NCBI GenBank assembly: GCA_030037955.1
Contig: JASHPT010000161.1
Location: 1 to 48,666 of the forward strand
From: Thermoplasmata archaeon
GTDB lineage: Archaea > Thermoplasmatota > Thermoplasmata > Lutacidiplasmatales > UBA184
DNA: 48,666 nucleotides
Reading direction: 5' to 3'
Shown here: positions 47,401 through 48,666 of the stretch, in pieces
Position numbering within the stretch: position 1 is the first letter of the stretch
How the letters are laid out: every line of letters starts with the position of its first letter
The notes under the pieces: model-generated
Database searches by the model: none
Seen by the model: only the letters and a program-made list of their open reading frames with translations
What the model was told of the DNA's origin: nothing
Made by a program: the position numbers and the translations under genes

Positions 47401-48557
47401 GGCAGCCTCCCGTAGGTGACGAGGAAGTGATCGCCGAGGCGATTGAACGGCCACCAGCGACCGGCGGCGGCGTCCCAGGCCGCGAGCCGGTCGAAGTGCT
47501 GCGCGAAGTGGTCGGCGTATCGGACGAGGTCGGAGGGCGGCAAGAACACGGGAACCCCCTCGACGCGTTCCCGGTGGAAGTACGGGAGAAACAGCCGGTC
47601 GAAGTCGGACACCGAGTGCGCGTAGACGTCGATGCAGAACCGGGACGCACCGACCAGGACCGGGTTTCGTCGTCGGCCGAAGGCCCGGCGGGTCTGCAAC
47701 GAGAGGGCGTACCCGCCGAGCTCGAAGAGGCACCACCGGTTGTAGATCCCCGCCAGGAAGGGAGCCGAGGGACGCAACAGGGCGGCGAGGGCGGACGGAA
47801 TGCCGGACAGGTCCGGCTCACAGTTCAGCGCCCCGAAGGTGGAGTACGCCCCATCGAACGCCGAGGGTCCCGTCTCGGCGAGCAGGCCGCGCAGGTCCTT
47901 CGCAGCCAGCGTTCGAGTCGAGAGTCGCTCCGCGAGGCCCGCCCGTGCGGCCTTCTCCCGGACGGTGGCTAGCATCCCGCCCGAAATGTCCACGGCCAGC
48001 ACCTCGTGTCCCCGCTCCAGCATCGGGAGCGTTTCCATTCCCGACCCGCAGCCGATCTCGAGCAGGCGATGCGAGTCCTTGAATCGTTGCCCGAGGATGG
48101 CCAGGGACCGATCCCGCAGGAGTCGGTTCATCCGGTTCCCGGTGATGTGCCGGTCGTAGTCGGCGGCGACGTTGTCAAACTCCGCGCGTAACCAGTCGTA
48201 GTAGGCCGTGGAGTCGAGCGAGCGTTCCGTTCCCGCCGGTCCCGGCAGGACTCGCAGGACGCGGGCCGGCCGGTCGTACCACTGAGCGAACCGCTCCACG
48301 CCATACTTGGCACGGAACAGTTCGAGCACCCGCCGCCGCTCTTCCGACGACGTCACCAGCGTGGGTACACCGTCCACGGTCCGTCCCCCCACCCTCAGCC
48401 GGGCCCGGCCCGACCGGAGGACGTCCACCGGCCACTGCGCCGCCCGGCTCCGCGCAACGAGGTACACCGCGCCCTCCCCCTCGGCGAACCCGAGGGGCAC
48501 GACCGCCCGGCCGGTGAGGAGCTCCAGCGACTGCGTGCCGGGCCCCTCCCCCTTCAC
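47397..48557 (-). CDS. Fusion: deazaflavin/flavin-dependent nitroreductase-like split-barrel domain plus class I methyltransferase
   Basis: N-terminal TGR..VPL..YLV..W..KYG; C-terminal FD.VA.DYD, LLEIGCGSG, VDIS..ML, FGALNC. Confidence 0.8.
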   Translation of the reverse strand: MKGEGPGTQSLELLTGRAVVPLGFAEGEGAVYLVARSRAAQWPVDVLRSGRARLRVGGRTVDGVPTLVTSSEERRRVLELFRAKYGVERFAQWYDRPARVLRVLPGPAGTERSLDSTAYYDWLRAEFDNVAADYDRHITGNRMNRLLRDRSLAILGQRFKDSHRLLEIGCGSGMETLPMLERGHEVLAVDISGGMLATVREKAARAGLAERLSTRTLAAKDLRGLLAETGPSAFDGAYSTFGALNCEPDLSGIPSALAALLRPSAPFLAGIYNRWCLFELGGYALSLQTRRAFGRRRNPVLVGASRFCIDVYAHSVSDFDRLFLPYFHRERVEGVPVFLPPSDLVRYADHFAQHFDRLAAWDAAAGRWWPFNRLGDHFLVTYGRLP

Positions 48558-48666
48558 GCCGGGCTCCCGGCTCGTGCGAGCCTACCGCATGTCGTCCGGG
48601 GTACCGCCCTCCGAGGCGGCGACGGACCCGTCGTTGACCTAACGGATTTTGCGGACGCACCAAAAA

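Noticed and set aside
3573-47736. ORF-track N-terminal extensions suggesting fusions (leuC from 3573, leuB 5717, EF-1beta 16348, HAD 19198, marC 21050, sucD 20939, nitrilase 27332, nuoJ 35759, GT2 45765)
   Set aside because: Extensions overlap neighbouring genes; internal starts at stop/start overlaps or near TATA boxes give family-typical lengths
48560-48666. Possible gene or regulatory element at the right edge
   Set aside because: Too little sequence; no recognisable motif

Overview
GC-rich archaeal chromosomal window, most consistent with a non-Thermoplasmatales member of Thermoplasmata (giant AglB fusion, Thermoplasmata-type eL41, topoisomerase VI, archaeal CoaBC, TATA boxes). This placement is inferred from gene content, not from a search. 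Left to right: truncated tiaS; korBA divergent from an operon of a LeuA/HCS-family synthase, LeuC/D, a LeuB/IDH-family dehydrogenase, a thiolase and a DUF35 protein; a 2187-aa AglB with a long Ig-like extension and a surface protein; Zn-finger, EF-1beta and tRNA-His(GTG) carrying a 32-nt T-loop intron; HAD, coaBC, marC, sucCD, two tiny ORFs missed by the ORF track (Zn-finger, eL41); top6BA; an 11-subunit complex I (nuoABCDHIJKLMN, NuoI with four 4Fe-4S motifs) running into a GGR-family reductase, long-chain polyprenyl synthase, membrane protein and nitrilase; acylphosphatase; enoyl-CoA hydratase; and an accessory block of two paralogous WNG-repeat surface proteins, three methyltransferases and a GT2. 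No CRISPR array, rRNA, transposase or integrase was seen. All product calls come from motifs read by eye.
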